64,000 bases of DNA, taken from NCBI GenBank assembly GCA_963978095.1, contig CAXBQP010000002.1:32001-96000 (forward strand). Direction: 5' to 3'. This DNA is from an uncultured bacterium (GTDB lineage: Bacteria; Gemmatimonadota; Gemmatimonadetes; Gemmatimonadales; Gemmatimonadaceae). Under the pieces are notes generated by a model. It ran no database searches. It saw only the letters and a program-made list of their open reading frames with translations, and was not told the origin of the DNA. This document shows positions 36,632 to 45,376 of this stretch, piece after piece. Numbering within the stretch: position 1 is the first letter of the stretch; every line of letters begins with the position of its first letter. Position numbers and translations under genes: made by a program.

Positions 36632-37686
36632 TCACGCGTCGCGCGCTTCCGTATGCGGCCCTCGCGCTGGGGCTGATCGCCTTGGCCGGACGGCCGGCGG
36701 GCGCGCAGGATGCCCGCATCCGCGATCTCGTACTTGCCGACGCGGCGCCGCCGACGCGCCTCATGGGCTACGGTCTCGTGACCGGCCTCAATGGCACCGG
36801 CGACCGTGTGACCGGCGGTACCGGCTCGCGCCAGACGGTGCAGTCGATCGTGAACCTGCTGCGCCGATTCGATGTCGAAGTCCCCGCGGAAGTGCTCCGG
36901 ACGCGCAACGTCGCGGCCGTGCTCGTGACCGCCGAAGTGTCCCCGTACCTGCGTCCAGGCGGACGCTTCGAAGTGCGCGTGTCGTCGGTTGGTGATGCGC
37001 AGTCGCTGCGCGGCGGCGTTCTCTGGATGACGCCCCTGGTTGCTGACGCGGGTGGGCGTCCCATGGCCGGCGCGCAGGGCGCGCTGATCGTGAGCGGCGG
37101 CGACGCGCGTCCCGTTGCCAATGGCGCCAGCCAGACCACTGCACGTGTGCTGGACGGTGGCGTGCTCGAAGCCGAGCTGCCCCGGCCGCGAGCGGTGGCC
37201 AATGACCGACTCTTGCTGAAGGACCCGGATCTCAACACTGCCGTGCGCATCGCCGCGGTCATCGACTCCGCCCTGGGCGCACCCAAGCAGGCCGTCGTCG
37301 AGGATCCGGGGCTGATTCGGCTGGTCCTCAAGGACACCGCGAACGGATCCCCGGCGGCGCTTGCGTTCATCCGTGATCTGCGCATCCGGGCGCCGCGCAC
37401 GTCCCGCGTCACGATCGACGGCCGGAGCGGCACCATCGTCGCCGGCGGTGACATCACGGTGGGCGAAGCCTCCGTCACGCACGGTGGGCTCACGCTGAGC
37501 ATCGGCGGAGGCGGCAACTCCGATACCGCAACGGTGGCCGGCGAGGTTCGCATGGCCGCCGGGACCTCCGTTCAAAAAGTAGCATCGGCTCTGCACGCGC
37601 TGCAGGCGACGGCCACCGAGATCGCCGCCATCTTCGGCGCGCTCCGCGATGCCGGCGCGATCTCTGCCGAGGTGGTCGTCCGATGA
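36628..37686 (+). CDS. flgI: P-ring protein FlgI
   Basis: RIRDL, LMGYGLVTGLNGTGD, NVAAVLVTA and GDAQSLRGG.L..TPL. Confidence 0.95.
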   Translation: MITRRALPYAALALGLIALAGRPAGAQDARIRDLVLADAAPPTRLMGYGLVTGLNGTGDRVTGGTGSRQTVQSIVNLLRRFDVEVPAEVLRTRNVAAVLVTAEVSPYLRPGGRFEVRVSSVGDAQSLRGGVLWMTPLVADAGGRPMAGAQGALIVSGGDARPVANGASQTTARVLDGGVLEAELPRPRAVANDRLLLKDPDLNTAVRIAAVIDSALGAPKQAVVEDPGLIRLVLKDTANGSPAALAFIRDLRIRAPRTSRVTIDGRSGTIVAGGDITVGEASVTHGGLTLSIGGGGNSDTATVAGEVRMAAGTSVQKVASALHALQATATEIAAIFGALRDAGAISAEVVVR

Positions 37687-38009
37687 TCCGCACTGCCGCC
37701 ACCGGGAGCGTTGCGCCGGTCGATCCGAAGGCCAAGGAACTCGCACGGCTGACGCGTACCGCCAAGCAGTTCGAGGGTGTCTTCGTCCAGCAGCTCTTCA
37801 AAGCGATGCGTGAGACGGTGCCGGAGGACGGTCTCACATCCGGTGGTGCCGGAGAAGACATGTTCACCGGCATGCTGGATCAGAACCTCGCCGACAAGCT
37901 GCCCCAACAGTGGAAGCACGGTCCCGCCGAGGCCATGGTCGCGCACTTCCGCGCCCAAGTCACCGGGCAGGCCGACCGCTCGCCGTCTCCCGTGGACCTC
38001 CGTCGATGA
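37683..38009 (+). CDS. flgJ: FlgJ, rod-binding domain only (108 aa)
   Basis: AKQFEGVFVQQLFKAMRETV...DMFTGMLDQNLA, with no hydrolase domain. Confidence 0.9.
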   Translation: MIRTAATGSVAPVDPKAKELARLTRTAKQFEGVFVQQLFKAMRETVPEDGLTSGGAGEDMFTGMLDQNLADKLPQQWKHGPAEAMVAHFRAQVTGQADRSPSPVDLRR

Positions 38010-38554
38010 TGCCGAACCGCCAGCTACACGCCGGACCTATGGCACCGTCTGCTGTCGCCAACAGTGCCGGCGCCATCAGCGCCCTGACGCATGCGCTCCA
38101 GACGGAAGCCAAGCTGCTGCACGATCTCTGCGACGTGCTCGACCGTCAGCGGGCCGCGGTGGCCGACAGCGACATCGAAGGGGTCGACGACTCCGTCTTC
38201 GTGACGCATCGGCTGTTGCTCTCGCTCGGCGAGGCCCGCAAGCGCCGTCGGACCATCAACCATATCCTGGGCGAAGGCGATGATCTCAGCATCCCGGCGC
38301 TCGAGGAGTACTTCGGCGGAAACGTACCGGACGAAGTCCGCGCCGCGGCCGAACAGCTCGCGGATTCGGCACGCATGTTGCAGCGTGACGTGCAGATCAA
38401 CCGTCGCGTGCTCCGCTCGGCGATCGATGTCGGAGACGAGCAGGTACGGGCGCTCTGTGGAGCGCCGACTTCCCGCTCGGTCTCCTACGCTTCCACGGTG
38501 CGCCCCCAAGGGACCGCGACCGTCAACAGTTCCATCCTGGACCGGCGCGTATGA
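38006..38554 (+). CDS. flgN: FlgK/FlgL chaperone FlgN
   Basis: Helical, with INRRVLR and Y...ILDRRV, directly before flgK. Confidence 0.8.
   Translation: MMPNRQLHAGPMAPSAVANSAGAISALTHALQTEAKLLHDLCDVLDRQRAAVADSDIEGVDDSVFVTHRLLLSLGEARKRRRTINHILGEGDDLSIPALEEYFGGNVPDEVRAAAEQLADSARMLQRDVQINRRVLRSAIDVGDEQVRALCGAPTSRSVSYASTVRPQGTATVNSSILDRRV
38367..38382 (+). promoter_or_regulatory. Sigma54 motif inside flgN, upstream of flgK (CGGCACGCATGTTGCA)
   Basis: GG-N10-GC with TTGCA. Confidence 0.6.
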
Positions 38555-39891
38555 GCAGTGATCTTGGTGGCGTCATGGACAGCGTGCGGCGCGCCTTCGC
38601 GACGCAACAGCAGTCCCTCAGCATCATCTCCAAGAACATCTCCAGCGCGACGGTCGACGGCTACTCACGCCTCTCGGTTCAAGTATCGCCCACCACCGGC
38701 GATAACATTACCCTTCGCGTGCGCGATGCCCTGCTCGATCGGTCGGTTCGCTTGCAGAATGGGCCGGCCGCGCACAGCAAGCAACGCGCCGAGACGCTGG
38801 GGCGCATCGAAAGCGTGTTCGGGGAACCGTCCGACAACGGCTTGGCCGCGGCCATGGATGGGTTCTGGGGTGCGTGGGGTGACCTCGCCAACACGCCGAC
38901 CGACTCGGTCACGAAGACCGCCGTGCAGCAAAAGGGGCTCGCCCTCACCAGCACGTTCAATCGCTACGCCGCGCAACTCACGAACGTGAACGATCTTTGC
39001 CGGAGCGCGGTGCTCGACGGTGTGTCGAAGGTGAACGAGCTGTGCCGGCAGATCGGGAACATCAACGGACAGCTGGGCGGAGTGGCTCCGAACGACGGCG
39101 ACTCCAGCGCGTTGCTCGACACCCGTGACCGGCTGATCGATCAGTTGTCCAAGCTCGTGCAGACGACCGTGAACACTGCGCCTGACGGCACCGTGAGTCT
39201 CTACGTCGCCTCTGACGAGATGGTCCGTGGCCCGCACGTCAGCCCCATGACCGTGCAGAATGGCCCGCCGATCGCGGTGTCGGTGATGGGCGCCAACTTC
39301 GGCGGCCCGGATCTCGGTGGACAGATCGGTGGCATGCTCCAAGCCCTCAACTCCGACATCCCGGCGGCGCAGAACGGGCTCGATGCCCTCGCCAAGGCGT
39401 TGGTGCAGGATGTCAACGCGGTGCACACCGCCGGTTGGTCGCCGGCCACCAAGGGTACCGGCGTGCCGTTCTTCTCGACCGCCCCCGAAGGGATGCTCGC
39501 CGCCAAGATCACGCTGTCGGATCTGGTCGCGAACGATGCCTCGGCCATCGTCACCGGCACCTTGCCGAATGCCCAAGGGGACAACAGCGCGGCGCTGTCG
39601 ATGGCGGCGCTCCGCGACCTCTCACCCAGCGCGACCGGCGGTTCCTTCGGCTCGATGTATCAGAGCCTTGTGACGCAGACCGCGTCGACCAAGAGCGCCG
39701 TCGATGCCGATGCGACCGTGTACGGCACCCTCGCCGACCAGGCGGCCAGCCGTCGTCAATCCGCGATCGGCGTGAACACGGACGAAGAACTCGTCAAGAT
39801 GATGGGCTTTCAGCAGTCCTATGCGGCCGCGGCCAAAGTTTCCGCCGCGCTGGATCAGATGATTCAGACGCTGCTCAGCTCCAAGAACTGA
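38551..39891 (+). CDS. flgK: Hook-filament junction protein FlgK (HAP1)
   Basis: GYSR, FW.AW.DLAN.P, LLDTRDRLIDQLS and GVNTDEELVKMM.FQQSYAAAAK. Confidence 0.93.
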   Translation: MSSDLGGVMDSVRRAFATQQQSLSIISKNISSATVDGYSRLSVQVSPTTGDNITLRVRDALLDRSVRLQNGPAAHSKQRAETLGRIESVFGEPSDNGLAAAMDGFWGAWGDLANTPTDSVTKTAVQQKGLALTSTFNRYAAQLTNVNDLCRSAVLDGVSKVNELCRQIGNINGQLGGVAPNDGDSSALLDTRDRLIDQLSKLVQTTVNTAPDGTVSLYVASDEMVRGPHVSPMTVQNGPPIAVSVMGANFGGPDLGGQIGGMLQALNSDIPAAQNGLDALAKALVQDVNAVHTAGWSPATKGTGVPFFSTAPEGMLAAKITLSDLVANDASAIVTGTLPNAQGDNSAALSMAALRDLSPSATGGSFGSMYQSLVTQTASTKSAVDADATVYGTLADQAASRRQSAIGVNTDEELVKMMGFQQSYAAAAKVSAALDQMIQTLLSSKN

Positions 39892-39901
39892 GCCGCCGCC
39901 C

Positions 39902-40165
39902 ATGCTGATACTCAGCCGCAATGAGGGTGATGTGATCCATATCGGTGACGGCGTGCGGATCGTCGTGCTCAGCTGTGACCGCAAGGGGGTCCGGCTGGGG
40001 ATCGACGCGCCGCGCGATGTCCGGATTCTGCGCGGCGAGATCATGGTCGATATCGAGCAGGAGAATCAGCGCGCGATGGCCGCCCAGAAGGAGTGGCTGC
40101 AAATCGCCCCCGTCAAGACGATCCGATCCAACGTCGTCGAGCCTACGGACCCGACGAAGGGCTGA
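39902..40165 (+). CDS. csrA: Carbon storage regulator CsrA
   Basis: MLILSR.EG..I.IGD...VRLGIDAPRDVRILRGEI plus a C-terminal extension. Confidence 0.95.
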   Translation: MLILSRNEGDVIHIGDGVRIVVLSCDRKGVRLGIDAPRDVRILRGEIMVDIEQENQRAMAAQKEWLQIAPVKTIRSNVVEPTDPTKG

Positions 40166-40898
40166 GCGCCCGCGCCGCCAGCGCCCGCCGCGCCGCGGCC
40201 AAGGCGGGGAGCGTCAGGAGACGGCCCGCCACATCGCCACCCGTCGCCACTGCCCCTCCGGCATGGGCCAGCAGCATGTCGGCCGCGCGAACCAACCCGC
40301 TCGGGCTGCCGGACGCCGTCCGCATCACCTCCAGTGATACGAGCTCGTCCGATACCGTCCTGGGATACCGCACGACGACGGGCGTGCCTTCGTCCGGCGA
40401 CTCGCGGGCAGCGTCCGTCAGCAGCAACAGCAGCGCCTGAATCAGCGAACTCCGGCGTGCCAAGACCGGGGCAACCGACGGAGGCGCCGCGCCCCCGTCG
40501 TCGGCACCGACCGTGGAGCCGTCCGGCAGCTCCCCGGGGAGCTGCCTGGGAAGCTGCACGGGGATCGCCCGCACATCCGCATGCTGCCCGAGCAACGCGA
40601 CCGCAACCGTGAGCACATCGGGCAGCGCAATGGGCTCGAGTTCCTCCTCCCCGTCCAGCGCCAGCGACCGAAAGAGGTGTAGCAGCGCCTCGAGTCGAGC
40701 CATCTCGGCGTCGAAGGCCTCGCCCCAGCGCGGTTCAGCCGCACGCTCACGCATCGCCGTGCCGATACTCCATACCGAGAACAGCCGATTCCCCAAGGAG
40801 TGCGTCAGCCCACGCGTGACCGCGTCGGAGGTCTCGATCCATGCCGCGGCGGCGGCAGAATCTGCCGCCAGCGCGCTCGGGATACGCTCGTTACTCAC
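40143..40898 (-). CDS. Degenerate histidine-kinase-like protein (possible phosphotransferase)
   Basis: H-box-like RGLTHSLGNRL and kinase-like EPIALPDVL and SLIQALLLLLTDAA, with no N/G boxes. Confidence 0.6.
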   Translation of the reverse strand: MSNERIPSALAADSAAAAAWIETSDAVTRGLTHSLGNRLFSVWSIGTAMRERAAEPRWGEAFDAEMARLEALLHLFRSLALDGEEELEPIALPDVLTVAVALLGQHADVRAIPVQLPRQLPGELPDGSTVGADDGGAAPPSVAPVLARRSSLIQALLLLLTDAARESPDEGTPVVVRYPRTVSDELVSLEVMRTASGSPSGLVRAADMLLAHAGGAVATGGDVAGRLLTLPALAAARRALAARALSPSSGP

Positions 40899-40914
40899 CG
40901 TTCGAGGCTCCTGC

Positions 40915-40941
40915 AGGAGAATTTCGCGGACCGGCCGATAC
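40915..40941 (+). promoter_or_regulatory. Possible sigma28 promoter for motAB (-10 GCCGATAC)
   Basis: Strong -10 box but poor -35 box. Confidence 0.4.
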
Positions 40942-40992
40942 TAGAAGCGTGGACATGAGGTCCTCGCCCCCATTCGACACGGAAGCGTCGCT

Positions 40993-41850
40993 GTGTTCCT
41001 GATCATCGGTGTCATTGTCGTCTTCGGTAGCATCCTCGGAGGCTACCTGAACGAGCATGGAAAACTCGCGGTGCTCATTCAGGTCAACGAGTTCCTGATC
41101 ATCGGCGGAGCCGCGCTCGGGTCGATGTTGATCGGGAACTCTCCCGCCACGATCAAGCGCTGCGTACAGATGACGCTGGGGCTGCTCAAGCCCAATCCCT
41201 TCAACTCCACATCCTACGAGGACCTGCTACAGGTACTCTACAAGGTGTTCCAGAAGGCCCGCAAGGATGGCCTGGTGGGGCTCGAGTCGCACATCGTCGA
41301 TCCCGAGAAGAGCGACATCTTCAAGGCGCACCCGATGTTCATGCACCACAGCCAGGCCGTTGCCCTGTTGTGCGACACCCTGAAGGTGCTCCTCACCGGC
41401 GCGGTCGAGAACCACCACCTGGACGAGATCATCTCGTCGGACCTCGAACAGCAGCACCACGAGGCGATGGCAGCTCCGTCCGCCATTACCAAGGTTGGCG
41501 ACGCGATGCCGGGATTCGGCATCGTCGCCGCGGTTCTCGGCGTGATCATCACCATGGGGTCCATCGGCGGGGCGGCGTCCGAGGTCGGCGAGAAAGTCGC
41601 CGCCGCGCTCGTGGGCACCTTCCTGGGCATCCTGATGTCATACGGCGTCATGGGGCCGATCGCGCAGGCCATCGAGGGCCGGATCGCCTCCGAACATGCC
41701 TACATGCTCGTGATCAAGACGGCGCTCCTGGCCTACGCCCGCGGCGATTCCCCGATGTCCGCCGTGGAGTTCGCACGCCGCGGCATCGAACCGCAGGACC
41801 GTCCGTCGTTCGCCGCACTCGAATCGATGGTCCGCAACCGGGCGGCCTGA
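40993..41850 (+). CDS. motA: Stator MotA
   Basis: ARKDGLVGLE, GDAMPGFGIVAAVLG and AALVGTFLGI..YG. Confidence 0.96.
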   Translation: MFLIIGVIVVFGSILGGYLNEHGKLAVLIQVNEFLIIGGAALGSMLIGNSPATIKRCVQMTLGLLKPNPFNSTSYEDLLQVLYKVFQKARKDGLVGLESHIVDPEKSDIFKAHPMFMHHSQAVALLCDTLKVLLTGAVENHHLDEIISSDLEQQHHEAMAAPSAITKVGDAMPGFGIVAAVLGVIITMGSIGGAASEVGEKVAAALVGTFLGILMSYGVMGPIAQAIEGRIASEHAYMLVIKTALLAYARGDSPMSAVEFARRGIEPQDRPSFAALESMVRNRAA

Positions 41851-41852
41851 CC

Positions 41853-42659
41853 GTGAGCAAGACCGCTCCGAAACGCCCGATCGTCATCAAGAAGATCAAG
41901 AAGGCTGGGCACGCGCACCACGGCGGATCGTGGAAAGTCGCGTACGCCGACTTCGTGACCGCGATGATGGCCTTCTTCATGGTCATGTGGATCGTCGGGA
42001 TGGACGATGCCACGAAGAAGTCGATCGAGAGCTATTTCTCGAACCCGAACCCGAACATGAAGGGCTCGGCGCCGGGGCAAAGTCCGATCGGACATGGCAG
42101 CAAGCCGGTTCAGCTGAACCCGACGCAGGTCAAACAGATGATCCGCGTCGCTGAGGAGAAGTCGTTCAAGGCCGCCGCGGACCGGATCCGCGCCCGCCTC
42201 GACTCCGCCCGCGGCTCCCTGGGCTCCGCCAAGTTCGAGGTGACGGTCAACGAGGGCGGGTTGCGCATCGAACTGATTGAAGGTGAAGCCGGCGATTCGT
42301 ATTTCGCGCGCGGCTCGGGACAGATGCGCACGGCCGCGAAGGTCGGCCTCGTGCTGATCGCGTCCGAGTTGAGCGCGCTGCGCAACCCGGTCGTACTGGA
42401 AGGTCACACCGACGCCAGCCACTACGGCGCGAGCGCCAGCTACAGCAACTGGGAGCTGTCCTCCGACCGCGCCAACGCCGCGCGGCGCATGCTGGAAGAC
42501 GCCTCGCTGGATCCCACACGAATCGTGGAGGTCCGCGGCTACGCCGATACCCGACTGCGAAATCCGAAGGAGCCGAACGCACCGGAGAACCGCCGCATCT
42601 CGATTTTCCTGCCGTTCAGCGACGTCAAAGCCCGAGTCGACTCGCTCGCCGTGAACTGA
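41853..42659 (+). CDS. motB: Stator MotB
   Basis: HHGGSWKVAYADFVTAMMAFF and OmpA-like EGHTD, NWELS.DRANAARR, NRRI. Confidence 0.96.
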   Translation: MSKTAPKRPIVIKKIKKAGHAHHGGSWKVAYADFVTAMMAFFMVMWIVGMDDATKKSIESYFSNPNPNMKGSAPGQSPIGHGSKPVQLNPTQVKQMIRVAEEKSFKAAADRIRARLDSARGSLGSAKFEVTVNEGGLRIELIEGEAGDSYFARGSGQMRTAAKVGLVLIASELSALRNPVVLEGHTDASHYGASASYSNWELSSDRANAARRMLEDASLDPTRIVEVRGYADTRLRNPKEPNAPENRRISIFLPFSDVKARVDSLAVN

Positions 42660-42691
42660 GTCCCGAACCCGGGGCGTACCCACCAACGAGA

Positions 42692-42723
42692 ACGCGCCCC
42701 GTCGGCAAGCCGACGGGGCGCGT
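42692..42723. terminator. Hairpin between convergent motB and rpsG
   Basis: Perfect stem ACGCGCCCCGTCGG/CCGACGGGGCGCGT. Confidence 0.7.
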
Positions 42724-42743
42724 ATCGTATCCGGACGACGCGA

Positions 42744-43210
42744 CTACCAGCGATAGTGCGCGAAGGCCTTGTTGGCCTCGGCCATGCGGTGCGTGTCTTC
42801 CTTCTTCTTGACGGCGTTGCCTTCGCCCTTGCTCGCGGCGATCGTCTCGGCGGCGAGCTTCTCCGCCATCGACTTCTCGTTGCGGTCGCGCGAATAGCTG
42901 ATCAGCCAGCGCATCGCGAGCGCGGTACGGCGCTCCGGACGGACTTCGACCGGCACCTGGTACGTGGCACCACCGACACGGCGGCTCTTGACCTCGACGA
43001 CCGGCTTGAGGTTCGTGAGCGCCTGCTTGAAGACGTTCACCCCCGGCTGCGACGTGCGGCTCTCCACGAGATCCATCGCCCCGTAGAAGATGCGCTCGGC
43101 CGTGGACTTCTTGCCCTGATACATCAGGACGTTGATGAACTTGCTGACCGTCTGGCTGTCGTAGCGCGAATCCGCGAGGATCGTGCGCTTCACACTCTTT
43201 TTGCGGCGGC

Positions 43211-43214
<4 letters not shown>
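42744..43214 (-). CDS. rpsG: 30S ribosomal protein S7
   Basis: [12 protein letters not shown] and [15 protein letters not shown]. Confidence 0.99.
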
Positions 43215-43606
<392 letters not shown>

Positions 43607-43702
43607 CTTACCCTTCGGCTCACCAACACGTGAGCCTTCACGAAATGTTCGACATCCTGATTCTACGTGAATCGCCCGACGGGCGGCACGGAACAGACTC
43701 GT

Positions 43703-43731
43703 AAGATAGCCAGTCAGAATGCCAGAATCAA
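43703..43731 (-). promoter_or_regulatory. Sigma70-type promoter of rpsL (TTGATT-N17-TATCTT)
   Basis: Matches the fusA and tRNA promoters. Confidence 0.72.
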
Positions 43732-43799
43732 GGCCCGGAAGTCGTCCTGTCCCAACGACTTACAAAGCACCTGCCCGGCATCTCCCGCGAGGTGGGCGC

Positions 43800-44705
43800 C
43801 TACGGCTTCTTCACCGGACTGATCGGCTCCGCCGCCTCCGGCACCCCACTGAAGAACTTCAGCGGTTTCCGGCTCAACTCGCGCGTCAGCACCTTCATCG
43901 TCACCGACACCGAGTCCAGATTCGCCACGATCCGACGGATTTGCGGGTCGGTATCCTTCAGCGTCCCGGCTGCAGATCGTGTTGCCACCCCCGCCGTCGC
44001 GATCACCTGCTGCAACGAATCCAGCATGCGCTTGGTCTGCGGCGTGATGGTGCGGAACTCGCGCAGGAGCGAATCCGCGTGCCCGATGGCAGACTCGGCG
44101 CTGCGCGCCACGCGTGGCAACGACACTTGTGCCGATTCGGCGACAATCGCCCCGTGCTGCGCGGCACCCTTCACCACGGCGAGCGTGGAGGTCAAGCTGT
44201 CGAGCAGGAGCACGGTGCGGGCGAGCGCCTTCTTCACATCACCGCCGGCATCGTTCACCAACTTCTGAACCTGATCCATCATCGCGTTGGTCGGCAACGA
44301 CGGGAGCGTGCTCCCCACGGGAAGCGCCGACCCGCCGCCAACCGGCGGTTCGAGCACGATCACCGGCGTGCCGATCATCACCGCCGGCGGCTGCACGCGC
44401 GCCTTGGTCCCGGCGAGGACGGGCAGCCGGACACCGGCCACCTCATCCACCAGGAAGCGGAGGCGGAAGGTGATATGGCCATCCGGCGTCGCGCGCGGCG
44501 TGATGCCCGCCACCCGCCCCACGGTGTACCCCTGGAGTTGCACGGGGGCCTGCAGGCCGATGCCCTCGATCCGGTCGAACTCGGCAAAATACTCATCACC
44601 CTTCACCACCTGCGATCGACGCAGCCACATCGTCGACCAGGCCGCGATCCCGATCGCCGCCACCACGATGATCCCCGCGCGGAGATCCGCTGGCTCCCAC
44701 TTCAT
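43800..44705 (-). CDS. MlaD/MCE-family protein
   Basis: N-terminal TM, MCE motif IEGIGLQAPVQLQGYTVGRV and a long helical tail. Confidence 0.85.
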   Translation of the reverse strand: MKWEPADLRAGIIVVAAIGIAAWSTMWLRRSQVVKGDEYFAEFDRIEGIGLQAPVQLQGYTVGRVAGITPRATPDGHITFRLRFLVDEVAGVRLPVLAGTKARVQPPAVMIGTPVIVLEPPVGGGSALPVGSTLPSLPTNAMMDQVQKLVNDAGGDVKKALARTVLLLDSLTSTLAVVKGAAQHGAIVAESAQVSLPRVARSAESAIGHADSLLREFRTITPQTKRMLDSLQQVIATAGVATRSAAGTLKDTDPQIRRIVANLDSVSVTMKVLTRELSRKPLKFFSGVPEAAEPISPVKKP

Positions 44706-45376
44706 GCTGAGGCCTCCACTGCCGCTCGGCGTAGTCCTGCAGAATCCCAGAGATACAGATCGTCGGCGACGTCGTACAACATCTCGTCGCGACGGAACGA
44801 GGTGATGATCGCGGTCGGGGCCAGCGCGCGGCAGATGCGCCAGACATCGCCCGCCGCCCGCGACCGCACCGACGCCATCGGGTTCTCCAGCACGAGCAGG
44901 CGTGGATTCCCGACCAACGCCCGCCCGACCGCGGCGAGTTGTCGCACATCTTCCGCCACATCGGCCGGTCGACGCGCCGCGTAGTCCACGATACCCAGTT
45001 CCTCGAACACATCAACGGCGTGCTGACGCGGCAGCGAGATGCCCTTGGAGCCGCGGAACACCGCCGGCACCACCAGATTGTCGAGCAGGGACAAGTTGCT
45101 CAGCAGCCCCGCAGGATCCAGCAACACTCCCATATCCGACAGCAGCAACCGACGCTCCGTGCGGGACACTTTGCCAATCGGCCGCCCGAGCACGACCACT
45201 TCTCCCGACGCGATCGCCTGTGCGCCAATCAGGATCCGCGCCAGCAAATGCGACCGCTCCGGCGTCGTGCGGACGACCGTCCACGTCCCCTTGGGCACAT
45301 TCAGGGTGATCGCATCCGACCACTCGGTGCTCGGTGTGGCGGGACGCACATCGGTCATGGCGAGTATGGCACTCAC
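44702..45376 (-). CDS. MlaF-like ABC ATP-binding-fold protein with degenerate catalytic motifs
   Basis: SGEVVVLG, LLSNLSLLDNL and RALVGNPRLLVLENP; Walker A and signature absent. Confidence 0.75.
   Translation of the reverse strand: MSAILAMTDVRPATPSTEWSDAITLNVPKGTWTVVRTTPERSHLLARILIGAQAIASGEVVVLGRPIGKVSRTERRLLLSDMGVLLDPAGLLSNLSLLDNLVVPAVFRGSKGISLPRQHAVDVFEELGIVDYAARRPADVAEDVRQLAAVGRALVGNPRLLVLENPMASVRSRAAGDVWRICRALAPTAIITSFRRDEMLYDVADDLYLWDSAGLRRAAVEASA

Noticed and set aside
2298..42743. Flagellar cluster as an active mobile element
   Set aside because: No integrase, transposase or tRNA attachment site, composition similar to the flanks, and the flanking repeat is short and imperfect.
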